A DNA stretch of 64,000 nucleotides, from the NCBI GenBank assembly GCA_000092065.1, contig CP000590.1, one strand, 5' to 3'. Below, piece after piece: positions 62,234-64,000 of the stretch. The position numbers and the translations under genes were made by a program. Every line of letters begins with the position of its first letter. Within the stretch, counting starts at the first letter, position 1. Source of the DNA: Ostreococcus lucimarinus. Its lineage: Eukaryota. Below the pieces are notes generated by a model. That model was given only the letters and a program-made list of their open reading frames with translations, had not been told where the DNA came from and searched no databases.

Positions 62234-64000
62234 AGTTCGTCATCGCGATCGGCCGAAAAAGCGGCGGCGGCGCTCGTCGCGACGAACAAACGCAAAGAAC
62301 GATCCGACGCGGGCGTCTCCGAGCGAGCAGCGTCTCTCATTACGAGTGGACTGCTTCCGATCGCGCGTCACGCGCTCGTACCGGACCAAACGACCGAACC
62401 GGAAGCCCCTGTGGCGGGAGAGAGTCGGGAGAATGCAGCGCGAGGGCAAGACCGGGACCGACGCGGCGAGAGCTTGCGCATGATTAAGAGACGGAATGCC
62501 GAACAAAGAAGGAATGATTTGTGTCGTTACACGGTGCAAGGGGAGGTTTGTAAATTAGGTAAGAGGTGTGGGTACTCACACGACTTAGAGGCGTACGTGC
62601 GGTCGAAGCCGAACGACGTAAAGGGCGCGGCGTGCGTCTTCGTCACCGCGGCAAATGAAAAGTGCCCTTTCGGCGTGCGTTGTAGATTTGCTTCGAGTCA
62701 TGGTAAGCTGACGAGCGCTCGAAAGGTGGATTTTGCGACGAATTTACTCGATGATGCGATGCAGAAACGACTTTCAAAGAATGAGTATCCGTTCAAGCGC
62801 TCGGATGCAGCGCTGGCAAAAGCCGAGCTCGAGTTAAAGTGCCTGTCGTTTGCGCAAAAGGGTAAACTCGATCGCAAGCAAGGCTTCTTGGGACCGTTTG
62901 AGCCTGGGTGCGTGAATACGCGCGAGAGGCGCAAAGAACTCGATTTCAAGGGCAAGCTGTACGTGGCGCCGTTGACGACGGTTGGGAACTTGCCATTTCG
63001 GCGAGTTTGCACCGATCTCGGCGCCGACATTACCGTATCAGAGATGGCGATGGCGAGTAATTTGCTCAAGGGGGATCGTAAAGAGTGGGCGCTTCTTCGT
63101 CGTCACCCAAGCGAGAAGTGCTATGGTATACAAGTTTGCGGTGGATATCCAGATCTGATGGCAAGGTGTGCGGAATTGATCGACAACGAAGTCTCGTGTG
63201 ATTTCATCGACGTCAATATGGGATGCCCAATCGACGGCGTTTGCGCCAAGGGTGCCGGTAGCAGTCTCATGCGCGATACTGATCGATTGAAAAACGTTGT
63301 ACGGACAATGGCGGCGGTTTCTTCGACCCCCGTAACAATCAAGCTCCGCATGGGCTACTTTGACGACCCCTCGAAGTACGTTGCGCACGACATCATCCCG
63401 CGAGCGAAAGCTTGGGGAGCGTTTGCGGCAACTCTACACGGGCGCACTCGTGAGCAACGTTACTCGCGCCTCGCGGATTGGTCTTACATTCATCGTTGCG
63501 CCGACGTGGCGGCAAAGAGCGAGTTCACACTCATCGGTAACGGAGATGTGTACACGTACGAAGATTACAACGCCCAAGTCGCCGACAACAAAGTGGCGAC
63601 GTGTATGATCGGTCGCGGTGCCATCATCAAGCCCTGGCTCATGACTGAAATCAAAGAGCAGCGTCACTGGGACATAAGCGCCAATGAGCGATTAGATTTG
63701 TTCAAGGACTTTTGCCAATATGGGCTCGAACACTGGGGCAGCGACTCGATGGGAGTGGAGAAGACGCGCCGCTATCTCCTCGAGTGGATGAGTTACACCC
63801 ATCGATACGTCCCAATAGGACTATTGGAGCAAAACGTCGTTCCGAAACTCCACTTGCGTCCGATGCGTTACGTCGGACGATCGGACCTCGAAACCAAACT
63901 CGCGAGCGACAGACTCGAAGATTGGCTCGAGTTGAGTGAAATTTGCGGGCTTGGCAAACCCGACGCGTCGTTCAAGTTTGTTCCAAAACACGCTTCGAAT
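62183..64000 (+). CDS. DUS3: tRNA-dihydrouridine(47) synthase DUS3 (two CCCH zinc fingers plus Dus FMN domain); 3'-partial, runs off the window end
   Basis: Absent from the ORF track, presumably because it lacks a stop. ATG at 62183 opens a 606-codon frame to position 64000. CCCH fingers CRYTVQGEVCKLGKRCGYSHD and CVFVTAANEKCPFGVRCRFASSHG. Dus core LYVAPLTTVGNLPFRRVC...VNMGCP...IKLRMG...LHGRTREQRY...GNGD. Confidence 0.85.

Noticed and set aside
1-64000. A prokaryote-style defence, toxin-antitoxin or secondary-metabolite gene cluster
   Set aside because: Every confidently identified gene is a eukaryotic nuclear gene (spliceosomal introns, organellar presequences, RPB1 CTD). Neighbouring genes have unrelated functions and mixed orientation. 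I see no co-oriented functionally linked block. Claiming a novel multi-gene system would be unsupported.

Overview
This window is eukaryotic nuclear DNA, not prokaryotic. I found no bacterial-style operon and no defence, CRISPR or mobile-element system. It is very GC-rich (roughly two-thirds G+C by eye) and extremely gene-dense, with about 40 protein-coding genes in 64 kb. Tandem genes sit 50-80 bp apart. I read the proteins directly from the ORF track and sequence. They are ordinary eukaryotic housekeeping genes, several of them organellar. The most secure calls are below.
- Transcription and RNA: RNA polymerase II largest subunit RPB1 with a long, perfectly regular YSPTSPA C-terminal domain (CTD); splicing factor YJU2/CWC16; tRNA-dihydrouridine(47) synthase DUS3.
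- Metabolism: fumarase class II, class-II fructose-bisphosphate aldolase, D-lactate dehydrogenase, an ACSF3-like acyl-CoA synthetase.
- Mitochondrial: ADP/ATP carrier, a second mitochondrial carrier, PAM16/TIM16, IMP signal peptidase.
- Protein turnover and ER: FtsH protease, HRD1 ER-associated-degradation (ERAD) ubiquitin ligase, a DnaJ-thioredoxin protein.
- Membrane and peroxisome: GPI biosynthesis subunit PIG-C, PEX13, an ABCG half-transporter, an SVOP-like MFS transporter.
- Other: MYG1, AMBRA1-like WD40, NAA25.
- Kinases: an STN7/Stt7-like thylakoid kinase and a kinase with a C-terminal cyclic-nucleotide-binding domain.

The STN7-like kinase, the class-II aldolase, the compaction and the GC content together suggest a small green alga of the Mamiellophyceae (Micromonas-like). 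That placement is inference only.

Several leading 'M' residues in the ORF track are actually GTG or TTG codons. I therefore re-derived start codons and found short spliceosomal introns by eye. They lie in RPB1, in an F-box gene (two 5' introns), in a GYF-domain gene and in the ADP/ATP carrier. All share a conserved ACTGAC branch-like motif 25-31 nt upstream of the 3' AG, with GTACGT, GTAGGG or GTGCGC donors.

I could not identify a coherent novel multi-gene 'system'. The items most worth a second look are:
- the recently duplicated 126-bp higher-order repeat in the RPB1 CTD;
- the kinase-CNB domain fusion;
- a membrane-anchored protein with a DUF4258-like domain;
- an AT-rich island of perfect hairpin palindromes in a divergent promoter;
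- a poly-acidic microsatellite-rich secreted protein;
- a large uncharacterised MYND/HIT-like zinc-finger protein.

I detected no rRNA, tRNA, CRISPR array or transposable element. Many long Arg/Ala-rich antisense ORFs in the track are GC-composition artefacts.
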